Shown here in pieces: positions 46,678 to 56,800 of a stretch of 64,000 nt of DNA. The translations under genes were made by a program, and so were the position numbers. Origin of the DNA: Tubulanus polymorphus. Taxonomy: Eukaryota; Animalia; Nemertea. Below the pieces are notes generated by a model. It saw only the letters and a program-made list of their open reading frames with translations, was not told the DNA's origin and searched no databases. Location: positions 11,393,263-11,457,262 of the forward strand of contig NC_134028.1 of the NCBI RefSeq assembly GCF_964204645.1. Reading direction: 5' to 3'. Position 1 is the first letter of the stretch. Each line of letters begins with the position of its first letter.

Positions 46678-47985
46678 ATGGCAGATAGTTTTCCAAAAGC
46701 TTTCCAATATAATAAATCAATTAAATATAATATTCCGGCAATAGATTTTAAGAAAAATATTACATATAAAAATATAGTTTTAAATTCATTAACTAATTTA
46801 GAAATTTATGTTAATGAATCACAGTTTTTTATTTCTAAAATGGAAAATATATTTAATACATATGAAGTTACTTTTACTCGAGATGAATATCATATATATA
46901 AAGTAAAATCTAATATGAAATATTGGCAGAATCAATTAAATTTTGCTGTTTATTGTGCAACAACAGGATGTGGAATAAGTTGGAATGATCATTTAAATAA
47001 CTTAGATAAAAATTTGAAGTATTCTGATTTAAAATTAATTCACACAATATTTAGATTTCACACATATTTTCAAATCAGAATAATATTAAATGAATTAGAA
47101 TGTCCTTTACCCGGGTCTAAATATTTTAAAGAATTGGATAATAATATTAATATATCCAAGTTTTATAAAATATGTAATGAATTTAATATAAATATTAATT
47201 CCGATTTTAGAGCGCATGGTAAATTGCAAGGTGTTGGTGAAGAGTTTGAAATAAAAAGAATTGATTATATGCATAGAATTTCAGCTTATCATAATTATAA
47301 AATTGATAATAATAATGGTTGGGTTAATTTCATTTTAGAAAATGGTGAAGGTTTTACAAAATCAGGTATACAAAGAATAAATCAATCTATTAGAATTTAT
47401 TTGATATGTATTCTAGGCGCCCAAGTTGAAACAAGATCCCCAATAATTGGAAATGATAACACTTCATTCGATGCGCAGAAACAGTTTAAAGTTTTATTTG
47501 AAGATTCCATACATGATGATAAAAATAGATCGATTCCAGAAAACATTATAAGATATCAAAATTATTTAGATAAATCTCATGTAAGACTTAATTATTGTAT
47601 AGGCCCTAATCTATTAATTATTTCTAATGATTTAGTATTGAAGATGGGAAATATAATTGGTTATAATAATCTAATTAAAACTGCAACAATAAACAATTCA
47701 TTTGGATTGAATGATATAAATAAAAAGATTATTACTGCTCCAAAATTAATGGAAGGTGAAAAAAATAAAAAACATATTCAATCAACAGAAACTAAAACTA
47801 AGAATATTAAATTGGTTAATGATTCCAAAATAAAAGATTACAATACATCAGAAGATATAAAAACTGATATTATTCAACATGATATAATTAAACTAAATGA
47901 TGATAATAAATCCCATGAAAATACTAAATTAGCTATAACTTGTATAGGAATTGTAATCGGAGGAATATTATATTTTAAATTTTAA
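46678..47985 (+). CDS. 435-aa conserved Maverick protein with C-terminal TM anchor
   Basis: WQNQLNFAVYCATTGCG; C-terminal LAITCIGIVIGGILYF. Confidence 0.85.
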   Translation: MADSFPKAFQYNKSIKYNIPAIDFKKNITYKNIVLNSLTNLEIYVNESQFFISKMENIFNTYEVTFTRDEYHIYKVKSNMKYWQNQLNFAVYCATTGCGISWNDHLNNLDKNLKYSDLKLIHTIFRFHTYFQIRIILNELECPLPGSKYFKELDNNINISKFYKICNEFNININSDFRAHGKLQGVGEEFEIKRIDYMHRISAYHNYKIDNNNGWVNFILENGEGFTKSGIQRINQSIRIYLICILGAQVETRSPIIGNDNTSFDAQKQFKVLFEDSIHDDKNRSIPENIIRYQNYLDKSHVRLNYCIGPNLLIISNDLVLKMGNIIGYNNLIKTATINNSFGLNDINKKIITAPKLMEGEKNKKHIQSTETKTKNIKLVNDSKIKDYNTSEDIKTDIIQHDIIKLNDDNKSHENTKLAITCIGIVIGGILYFKF

Positions 47986-48001
47986 TTTTTTTATTATGTA
48001 A

Positions 48002-49444
48002 ATGGAAGTAGAAGGTGGAGAAGATTATGAAATGGGAGAAATGGGAAATAATAATGAAGGATATATTGATGATGATTATAATGATGCAGAAACTAATATT
48101 GATAATAATGATGAATCAGCATATAATTCTAATTTAGCAGATAGTGGTTCTAAAGGTCAATCAACAGATGAATTTGATAGAAGAACTAGATCGAGAATAA
48201 ATCCTGAAAATGAAAATCCAGATTTAGTAAAACAAAATTTAGAATATAATGAATATATTTATAATTTCAAACCTATATTTGAAAAATCTGGATATAATAT
48301 CAATGCTAGAGGCGCCAGACTTTTAGTACAAGAATTAAAATCTTTAGATGGTGAATATTATTATCATTTGAAAGATGATTATTATATTGATATCTCTTAT
48401 AAAAAACAAAACAAAATATTAGCAGAATCAACTTTGCTTAAGTTAGACCTATCTAGAATTAAAAGAATAAGAAATAGTAATGAACCAGAAGATGTAACAC
48501 AAGAAGAAATTATTAAAAATGAAAGAGTATTTAAACAAAGAATTAATGAATTATTTGAAACAATCGATAATAATTTAGAAACAGAAACAACTTCTGAACA
48601 GAATATAACTTCTAAAACTAGTAAACTTAAATCAAATAAAGTTCCAATTGAAAAACTTTTACCGAATGGGTTACTTGATGCAACAGATCAAGAATTAGAA
48701 GATTTCGATATATTTTCTGATAAAGCAATTAGAGAAATTATTAGTATAAGACTTGCATCTGATAAAATTGCACATGATAAAAGTATAAGAGATTTAAAAA
48801 TTAGAACTTTAGAAGATGAATTATTAAAATCAAGAAAAGAAATAGAACAATTGAAATTAGATAGAGATAATAAAGTTATTGAAGAAATTGAATTTAAAAA
48901 AAGAAATGCATATTTAGAAAAAGAAATTGATGATTTAGAATATAACATAGAATTACAAAAAGAAGAAATTAAATCATTATTTAAATCATATGATTATAAT
49001 ATTGATAGATTAAAAGATGTTTTTAAAAGATATCTAATAAAACCAGATTCTAGAATATCATTAAAAGATAGAATAAAATTGTTATTTAAATTAGAAGGAA
49101 TAACAATTCTTTCAATTCTAACAGGTGTAACTATGTTATTTACAACAATAGGTTTAGCTATATCAAATGCTTTAAAATCTACTCCTACTCCCAATAAACC
49201 AGATAAACCTCCAGGAAATAATTCTATACAAGATAAAGTTAAAGATGGTTTAAAGAAATTAGCAAAATATTTATGGGAACTATCAAAGAAATCTGCTGCA
49301 GCTTTACCAGGAGTTATTGCATCAATTGTTGGTTTTATATTGAAATCTGCAGGAAACATTATTAACTTTGCTGCTGAACATATTGTTTTATTTTTAATTA
49401 CAGTTGTAAGTGCTATTATTTTTGGGTTAGTAAACCATGATTAA
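48002..49444 (+). CDS. 480-aa coiled-coil/membrane protein
   Basis: Ortholog of 32577-34037. Confidence 0.8.
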   Translation: MEVEGGEDYEMGEMGNNNEGYIDDDYNDAETNIDNNDESAYNSNLADSGSKGQSTDEFDRRTRSRINPENENPDLVKQNLEYNEYIYNFKPIFEKSGYNINARGARLLVQELKSLDGEYYYHLKDDYYIDISYKKQNKILAESTLLKLDLSRIKRIRNSNEPEDVTQEEIIKNERVFKQRINELFETIDNNLETETTSEQNITSKTSKLKSNKVPIEKLLPNGLLDATDQELEDFDIFSDKAIREIISIRLASDKIAHDKSIRDLKIRTLEDELLKSRKEIEQLKLDRDNKVIEEIEFKKRNAYLEKEIDDLEYNIELQKEEIKSLFKSYDYNIDRLKDVFKRYLIKPDSRISLKDRIKLLFKLEGITILSILTGVTMLFTTIGLAISNALKSTPTPNKPDKPPGNNSIQDKVKDGLKKLAKYLWELSKKSAAALPGVIASIVGFILKSAGNIINFAAEHIVLFLITVVSAIIFGLVNHD

Positions 49445-49474
49445 AAATAAATAATTAATTTTTTTGTTAAATAA

Positions 49475-50722
49475 ATGAGTGGGAGTTATATAAGTCCTTC
49501 TAAGATTTCTAGAATATCTAATGCTATTAAAGCAGAAAGATCACATCATATAATTACTCATAACCCTTCAAATATTAATCCCGATGAAACTTTATACGTT
49601 AGAATCCCTCGATTAACACAAAATACTTTTTACGTTCCAAACAGTATTTATTTATCAGCTGATATAAAAGTAATCGGTAATAATAATAATTATGTCGTTG
49701 ATAATGTTGGAAGATATTTGATTAAAAAGTTAACAATAAAGATTGGTCCGGAAACAGTTTTCTCATTAGATGATTATAATTTATTTATGCATTATAAAGA
49801 TTTATGGTTAACTAAAGAAAATAGAAATAATATGATATTTCAAGGCATCCAATCAGAAAACCAAAATAAATTAAGATCAGAAGCTAATAGCGCAATATTA
49901 ACAAATGATGTAGATAAATTGATAAAAAGTATATATGGAAGCAAATATAAAATTCCATTAGACTTTGAATTGATAAATGATAATGCACCTTTATATAAAT
50001 ACGCAATTCAAGAAGATATTATATTTGAGATAACATTTGCTCCTGTAAATGAAATTGTAATATCTAGCGTTAATAAAGATATGAGTTATAAATTATCGAA
50101 TATATGTTTAGAATATGATACAGTAACTGATGAAAATATTGCTAGAACAATTCAAACTCAATACAATCAAGGATTTTCATTATTATATGATTATATTGAT
50201 AAATTTAAAACTGTAACTATTAATGCAAATGATGAAATAATTAATGAGAATATTAACTTTCCTAGAAGATCTATTAAAGGTATATTAATATTTTTTACTA
50301 TTGGAACATATACTAATGGCGCAATAAATGTTGACAATTATTATAATCCTGAAATAACAAAAGTAGAAATAACTATCGAAGGTATAGCAAATAAAATATT
50401 TTGTCAAGGAATGAGAATGATTGATCAATGGGTAGAAATTAAAAAACATTTTATGAATGAAAAAGTAAAATCATTTGAAAATTGTAACATTAATCAAATT
50501 GATTATTATACCGGTAATAAATATGCATTATGGTTAGATTTTAGAACAACTGAAGATAATTCATTACATGGTTCTGGAAAAAAACTACAAAATACAAAAG
50601 ATGGAATACAATTATTCATGACAAAGAAAAAGGGAATCAAAAATTTTAAAATGCACATTTATATTATATCTGACGCGCAATTAAATATTGTAAATTCACA
50701 ATTAGATAGTGTTATGTATTAA
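49475..50722 (+). CDS. Major capsid protein
   Basis: Near-identical to 34133-35380. Confidence 0.8.
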   Translation: MSGSYISPSKISRISNAIKAERSHHIITHNPSNINPDETLYVRIPRLTQNTFYVPNSIYLSADIKVIGNNNNYVVDNVGRYLIKKLTIKIGPETVFSLDDYNLFMHYKDLWLTKENRNNMIFQGIQSENQNKLRSEANSAILTNDVDKLIKSIYGSKYKIPLDFELINDNAPLYKYAIQEDIIFEITFAPVNEIVISSVNKDMSYKLSNICLEYDTVTDENIARTIQTQYNQGFSLLYDYIDKFKTVTINANDEIINENINFPRRSIKGILIFFTIGTYTNGAINVDNYYNPEITKVEITIEGIANKIFCQGMRMIDQWVEIKKHFMNEKVKSFENCNINQIDYYTGNKYALWLDFRTTEDNSLHGSGKKLQNTKDGIQLFMTKKKGIKNFKMHIYIISDAQLNIVNSQLDSVMY

Positions 50723-50754
50723 AATTTTAACTTTAATAAAAATGTATATAATAA

Positions 50755-51573
50755 ATGGAAGGAGGTAAAGTATATAAACATATTCCATACATCGATACAT
50801 ATGAAAATAATGATGGTTTATATTATGTAATACCTTGTAATATAGCTTTGATATTTGATCCTATTTTTAAAAATTATAAAACTAAACTGATAGAAATCGA
50901 TAATAATAAAAGTGGTGTTGTTAATAATAGTGTAATTGATAATAATGTAATACCTACTACATCTGTAATACCTTCTACATCTAATAACGTAATACCTACT
51001 ACATCTGTAATACCTACTACATCTAATAACGTAATACCTTCTACATCTAATAATGCAATAATATTAAATGTTAGTGAAAATAGAAATTATTGTGGTTATT
51101 GTAATGGTGAATTTTCAAACGCTCCATCAAATTGGAATAAACATATGAATACAAATTCACATATTACTAATGTTATAGAACGTGTTGGTTTAAGAGAATT
51201 TATAGAACACCCATTTAGATATGTGACAAAGTTTGTTTCAAATAAAAAAGTAAATGGTGAAAAAATATATGAAGATTTATTATTAGCAACACCTAATAAA
51301 GATGAATTAGATTTAACCGATGCTAATGAAATATTAGGATCAAACACTGTAAATGAAATATTAGGAGCAAACACTAATAAAGATGATAATGAAAATGATG
51401 CCATACACCCACATGATGATATAGTTACAGATAAACATATTGATATTAAAGATTCTATGAAACATAAAGAAGAAACTTTTGATGATATGATAAAAAGGAT
51501 CAATAAGCGTAACAATGAAACAACTATTGGTGGTGTGGTAAAAAAGGCGAAAAAGGTGAGAAAAAAATTATAA
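50755..51573 (+). CDS. VIPTTS-repeat/zinc-finger protein (C), probably C-terminally truncated
   Basis: Ortholog of 35413-36369; sequence resembling the B C-terminus (EDTVE.LN.LL.S.S.SDSE) lies beyond the stop. Confidence 0.7.
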   Translation: MEGGKVYKHIPYIDTYENNDGLYYVIPCNIALIFDPIFKNYKTKLIEIDNNKSGVVNNSVIDNNVIPTTSVIPSTSNNVIPTTSVIPTTSNNVIPSTSNNAIILNVSENRNYCGYCNGEFSNAPSNWNKHMNTNSHITNVIERVGLREFIEHPFRYVTKFVSNKKVNGEKIYEDLLLATPNKDELDLTDANEILGSNTVNEILGANTNKDDNENDAIHPHDDIVTDKHIDIKDSMKHKEETFDDMIKRINKRNNETTIGGVVKKAKKVRKKL

Positions 51574-51709
51574 AGATGTTGAAGAAGATACGGTAGAGTA
51601 TTTAAATATGTTGTTAGCGTCTGATAGTGAAAGTGATTCAGAAATTGAATAATAAAGGTTGAAAATTGTATAAAATAATAGTAAATAAAAAAAGGGTTTT
51701 AATTATTTA

Positions 51710-51787
51710 AGGTATCTAATAGGGTATCAGGTATTAGGGTATCAGGTATTAGGGTATATAATAGGGTATCTAATACATAGGTATACA
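51710..51787. repeat. GGGTAT/TAATAGGG array (C)
   Basis: Shorter version of 36455-36588. Confidence 0.8.
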
Positions 51788-51792
51788 AATAG

Positions 51793-52404
51793 TTATTTTA
51801 TAAATTTATATTCATAAGGAAATTGTAATCTCATTAATAATTTTGAACCTTTATTATTTTTTAATTTATTCATATATTCATCATGTAATTCAGTAGGTAT
51901 AATTTGATTTTCTTCCAATGATTGTTGCATAGATTTTTTATCTTTATTATAAAATAAAACTAGAAATCTTATATTCTCTCTAAAATCTTTCACAATTGAA
52001 TTATATTTCTGATTTAAAACCCAAGTTGTTATCCCAAAATGTCTACCAGAGAAAGCTAAATAACATAACTCGCTTTCTCTAATTTTAGAATCATGTAAAT
52101 TTGCACAATCATCAATAATAAATAATGTATTAGATCCTTTATAAATATCTAATGCAATTTTTATACAATTATCTAAATTATCTTTTACTGTTTTAGGATT
52201 TAATATAATAAACTTTTTTATCTTAACTATATCTCTATTATATGTTTTATTCAATTCATAAGTAGGACAGAATAATATTATATTATCAAAATTATTCTTA
52301 TAAATAGTTTATAACAAATCTAATATGAAATGTGTTTTACCACAATTTGTAACTCCAGTAACTAACATATTATGTGGTTCAAATATAAATAAATCTTTAT
52401 TCAT
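51793..52404 (-). pseudogene. Packaging ATPase (C), nonsense shortly after Walker A
   Basis: GATTTGTTATAA (D-L-L-stop) at ~52310 where B has YLLE; only the C-terminal 153 codons are open. Confidence 0.85.
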
Positions 52405-53485
52405 TTATTCTTTTAATTTTACTAGATAAAATCCATTCATTAAATTTATCATCATATCCTTTATATTTCACCAAAGAATACTTTTTTCCTTTAACAGTTT
52501 TAGTTTTTAATACCTTTTCTATTTTGTATTCTATTTCATCTGGATTTGGTACTAATGATAATTCTTGTTCATAAAAATAACCTAATATTTCTTCATCTTT
52601 TAGATCTTCTAGTTTATAAACAAATGGTTTAGTTAATATTATCTTTTTAATTTTAAATATTTCTTCAGTAAAATTAGGGGTATAACCTTTATATAATGTT
52701 TTTCGATATTTAGAAATTCTAACATGTTGTCCTATTTTAAATTTAGGTTCTCCAAAATCATGTGTAACAAATGCTCCATATAAATTATTCCAAACTATTT
52801 CTGAATTTTCTTCTTTTCTAGCTTGTATAGGTTTCATATTTATAGAACTATGTTTAGAATTATTATAACCTTTCACTAAATCATCTAACACATCGATATA
52901 TTTATATGTTTCATTAGCGGTAAAATATTTCCACATTCTAGTTTTCAATGTTTTATTAAATCTTTCTATAACAGATGCTTTTTTATCTGAATGTGTTGAA
53001 AAATAATCTACTTCGTTATCAGATAATAGTTTTTTAAAATGTTTGTTATAAAATTCCTTACCTTCATCAAATTGTATCTTATCTGGGATAGCTTCTTTAA
53101 ATATAGATTTAAAAGCATTTGTTACTTCTATACCAGTTTTATTTTTAATCGGGATACTCCATGCGTATCTACTGAATATATCTATAACATTTAGTATCCA
53201 AAAATATCCTTTGTTATATTCTTCTAAGTTTTTCATGTCAATTAAATCAGCTTGCCATTGTTGGTCAATATATGAAACCATTACTTTTCTTGTTAAATAT
53301 TTTTTATCCATCTTTTTATGAATTTGATATGTGGGTTGATTTTGTAACCATGATTTTAATTCACTATATTTTATTTTTTCTTTATCAGATTTAATTTTAT
53401 TCCCTAATTCTGAAACACTTGAATATGAAACTTCACTTTCTGGGTTATAATATAACTCTCTTAAATATTGTTCTTTTTTCATCAT
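52397..53485 (-). CDS. rve integrase with chromodomain
   Basis: Intact DDE triad and chromodomain as in B. Confidence 0.95.
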   Translation of the reverse strand: MMKKEQYLRELYYNPESEVSYSSVSELGNKIKSDKEKIKYSELKSWLQNQPTYQIHKKMDKKYLTRKVMVSYIDQQWQADLIDMKNLEEYNKGYFWILNVIDIFSRYAWSIPIKNKTGIEVTNAFKSIFKEAIPDKIQFDEGKEFYNKHFKKLLSDNEVDYFSTHSDKKASVIERFNKTLKTRMWKYFTANETYKYIDVLDDLVKGYNNSKHSSINMKPIQARKEENSEIVWNNLYGAFVTHDFGEPKFKIGQHVRISKYRKTLYKGYTPNFTEEIFKIKKIILTKPFVYKLEDLKDEEILGYFYEQELSLVPNPDEIEYKIEKVLKTKTVKGKKYSLVKYKGYDDKFNEWILSSKIKRINE

Positions 53486-53488
53486 ATT

Positions 53489-53836
53489 TTAATCCATTAA
53501 TAATATTTTAGATTTATTTTCATTTGACTTATTTTCTGGTATGATAGGTTTATCATCATTGGAATCATCTTTATCGTCGGATTTGAATTTTGATTTATAT
53601 ATTACACCAGATAATATAATAACTGTTACTAATCCAATTGTAATATATAAGTAATTATTTCTTCCACTATTAGAATAATTAGATGGATTATTATTTGAAT
53701 CAATACCAGGTGATTCATTTATATCAGTTAATTTCTTTTTCTTAGCTTTTTTTAATTCTGATGATCTTTTACCTAATTCTCTTGCCCATTTAATTTGTTT
53801 CTCTGATCTAGCCTTTTTCTTAACTCCATCACTCAT
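53489..53836 (-). CDS. 115-aa single-TM protein
   Basis: Ortholog of 38293-38703 lacking two short inserts. Confidence 0.75.
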   Translation of the reverse strand: MSDGVKKKARSEKQIKWARELGKRSSELKKAKKKKLTDINESPGIDSNNNPSNYSNSGRNNYLYITIGLVTVIILSGVIYKSKFKSDDKDDSNDDKPIIPENKSNENKSKILLMD

Positions 53837-54431
53837 TTATTTTAGTTAATTTTTGTTCTGATTCATCTTCTGTTTCGTGGTTTTGTTGTAGTACATCTGT
53901 TTCGTTCTTACCTGATTTATATTCCATAGGTTTGATGTTCGAAAATGTTATAACTCCAGTAGAAATCAATGTCATAACCGATCCTAATTGAAATGAAGCA
54001 TATCCGACCCATTTTTGTAATTCAGTCATAACTAAATAGTCATTTTTCAAATCATTATATAATTTATTTTCATCATCAATTGGTATTAGCCGGTTACATA
54101 ACTTAGAATAACATTTGATAATACCATCACTTATAGAGTCGTTTATTCTAGCTAATCTTGACTCTTCATAAATCTTAAAATATTTAATCACTTTATCGGG
54201 TTTCATAGCATCTAATTCTTGAAAAGTTATTATTTTTCCCAAGAAATCCTTAGATTTCCCGCCAGCAATCAATAGTTCTAGATGATGCTTACAATATAAG
54301 TAGTATTCATAATCTATATTGTTATTAACTTGAATAGAATTAGAAACAACTGTATCCTTATTATCACTAATACCTAAATCATCTAATGTTTTTTCAATAT
54401 CAATATTATTCTTACTCGATTTCTTTGACAT
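53829..54431 (-). CDS. 200-aa hypothetical protein
   Basis: Ortholog of 38696-39298. Confidence 0.8.
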   Translation of the reverse strand: MSKKSSKNNIDIEKTLDDLGISDNKDTVVSNSIQVNNNIDYEYYLYCKHHLELLIAGGKSKDFLGKIITFQELDAMKPDKVIKYFKIYEESRLARINDSISDGIIKCYSKLCNRLIPIDDENKLYNDLKNDYLVMTELQKWVGYASFQLGSVMTLISTGVITFSNIKPMEYKSGKNETDVLQQNHETEDESEQKLTKINE

Positions 54432-54656
54432 TTATATTAGAGGAAAAAAGCAAAAAAAAATATTATAAGTATTCTTCAAATGATACTAGATAGTTAAAGT
54501 TAAAGAATTCTAGTATTAGTTATTGTTTTTTTAGTATTTTTTATTTGTGATATAAAGTATTCTTTTTTGAAAAGAAAATATTAAAAATATAATAGAAATA
54601 ATAGATAGTTGAAGGTATGTAATTTTTATTATATTTTATTTGAGATATATTATTCT

Positions 54657-55439
54657 TCAACCACTCATTAAAGACTCAACGTATTGTTCATTATGTGTTG
54701 AATTCCATAATTCAATAAATTTTTTTGCTTTATCCAGTTGATTCAAATATAACTGTAAATCTAGTTTATTAAATTTTATTTTATTTTCTTTCTTTTCAAG
54801 AGGTCTTAGATTCTTCCAATTCCATATTAACTTCTGATTGTATTCATCATTCATGTTAAATTTCGAAACTGGTAAAACATGGTCTATTTGAAAATATTCG
54901 CCATAATTATTTATATTCATTTCATCGTTAAACTGATATATTATCCATGATTTTAAGAATTCATCTGTACAACCTAACAAATTAGATAGCGTGTATGAGC
55001 GTCTATCTTTACTGAATAAATTTGATAATCTAGAACTTAGATATTTTTTCAATTTAAAATTAAAATCTGTTTGGCGCCTTTCTTTTTGATAATTATTCAT
55101 ATATTCTTTATAATGTTCACGATTATTATCCCTCCATTCTCTCATATATTCTGTTTTATAATCTCGATGATTTTCTCTCCATTTTTTATTTTTAACTTTG
55201 AATTTTTCAATATTATCCATATAATATTCTGTTGAATAATTTGGATTATTTTCAAGAAATTCTTTACTATATAGTTTAGTACAGCTTTTGCAATGTGATT
55301 GTTTACCATCTTTCTTAGTTTTATTATTATAATATTCTGTAAATGGTTTACTTTTTTTACATTTGCAACATGTCTTCTGATATATATTTACAACACCATT
55401 ATTATTGTTTATATTTATAGCTTGTGATTGTTCCTCCAT
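54657..55439 (-). CDS. HNH-like endonuclease 1 (zinc ribbon, long helical linker, HNH)
   Basis: CCKC..HCKSC; FQIDHVLPVSKF..WNWKNLRPLEKKEN, a pattern typical of NCLDV/phage free-standing HNH proteins. Confidence 0.8.
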   Translation of the reverse strand: MEEQSQAININNNNGVVNIYQKTCCKCKKSKPFTEYYNNKTKKDGKQSHCKSCTKLYSKEFLENNPNYSTEYYMDNIEKFKVKNKKWRENHRDYKTEYMREWRDNNREHYKEYMNNYQKERRQTDFNFKLKKYLSSRLSNLFSKDRRSYTLSNLLGCTDEFLKSWIIYQFNDEMNINNYGEYFQIDHVLPVSKFNMNDEYNQKLIWNWKNLRPLEKKENKIKFNKLDLQLYLNQLDKAKKFIELWNSTHNEQYVESLMSG

Positions 55440-55529
55440 TTATAATATACTTTTTATTTAAATTAGGATTTGATATCTCACTACTTTTGTTTATCTATTA
55501 GGAGCAGTAACTATAACTGTCCAGATAAG

Positions 55530-56201
55530 TCATTTCGGATCCTTGATATCAAATTCCTCAACGTATTGTTCATTATTTGGATTATTGTTCCATAATTCAA
55601 TAAATGTCTTTGCTTTATCCAGTTGATCTAAATATAATTTCATATCTAGTTTGTTAGATTTAATTATATTTTCTTTCTTTTCTAAAGGCCTTAAATTTCT
55701 CCAGTTCCAGATTTGCTTCTTATCATATTCATCATTCATGTCAAATTTAGAAATCGGCAACACGTGATCAATATGAAAGTATTCACCATAATTATCTATA
55801 TTCATTTTAACATCGAATTGATATATTATCCATGATTTGAGAAATTCATCTGAACAACCCAACAAATTAGTTAATGTTTCTGAATGTGTTTCTTTGTTGA
55901 ATAATTGTGTTAATCTAGACCGTAAACATTGTTTCAATCTAAAATTAAGATCTGTTTGATATCTTTCTCTCATATATTTTGTCATATAATCATTATAAGA
56001 TTCTCTATTATCTTCTCGGTATTGTTTGGTATATAGTTTAAAACAAGTTTTACAACAATTTTGAAAACCATCTTTGCTAATCTTACGCTTACTAAATTCT
56101 GTTAATGATTTATCTAATTCACATTTAGAACATTTCTTGTAATATATGTTTATAACGCCAGTGTTATTTGTAATATTGATAGTTTGTGGTTGTTGTTCCA
56201 T
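55530..56201 (-). CDS. HNH-like endonuclease 2
   Basis: CSKC..CCKTC; FHIDHVLPISKF..WNWRNLRPLEKKEN. Confidence 0.8.
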   Translation of the reverse strand: MEQQPQTINITNNTGVINIYYKKCSKCELDKSLTEFSKRKISKDGFQNCCKTCFKLYTKQYREDNRESYNDYMTKYMRERYQTDLNFRLKQCLRSRLTQLFNKETHSETLTNLLGCSDEFLKSWIIYQFDVKMNIDNYGEYFHIDHVLPISKFDMNDEYDKKQIWNWRNLRPLEKKENIIKSNKLDMKLYLDQLDKAKTFIELWNNNPNNEQYVEEFDIKDPK

Positions 56202-56340
56202 TTATATTACATATTTTTTACTAAAACTGATTTATTTTTGTTTGAAATCTATGTGCTGCTCTTTTCCATTCCTTGTTCTTTTTCATTCCTCACCACCATA
56301 GTTGATAAATCATTTCGGATCCTTGATATCAAAATCATAC

Positions 56341-56800
56341 AAGCGGCCGGCCATTGGTGGCCGGTTTTGCTTAATGCGCATGCGTTAAACATAATTATAT
56401 ATTCATTCTATAAATTCTGTAAAATAGAAACGACCGACATGAAATATCAAAACGTGTTCGCATTAGGCAAAACCGCTCTTATTGGAGCGTTTTTGCTTAA
56501 TGCTTATGTGTTAATCATAATTATATATTCATTCTATAAATTCTGTAAACAGAAACAACATATGCGTTACATGTGTTACATGCGGCCATTTATGGCCGGT
56601 TTTGCTTAATGCACATGTGTTAATCATAATTATATATTCATTCTATAAATTCTGTAAAATAGAAACAACTGAACATAGAAAATTCAAACACATTCATAAC
56701 CGCGTTACATGCGTTACATGTATCACATGCGGCCATTTATGGCCGGTTTTGCTTAATGCTTATGTGTTAATCATAATAGAAACGACCGAACATAAAAATT
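56341..56800. repeat. Imperfect tandem repeats with palindromic core GCGGCCATTTATGGCCGGTTTTGCTTAATGC (C)
   Basis: Cores at ~56343, ~56488 (degenerate), 56582 and 56729. Confidence 0.85.

Noticed and set aside
56341-56800. CRISPR-like array (palindromic repeats with spacers)
   Set aside because: The intervening sequences are homologous to each other and irregular in length, there are no cas genes, and the context is eukaryotic.
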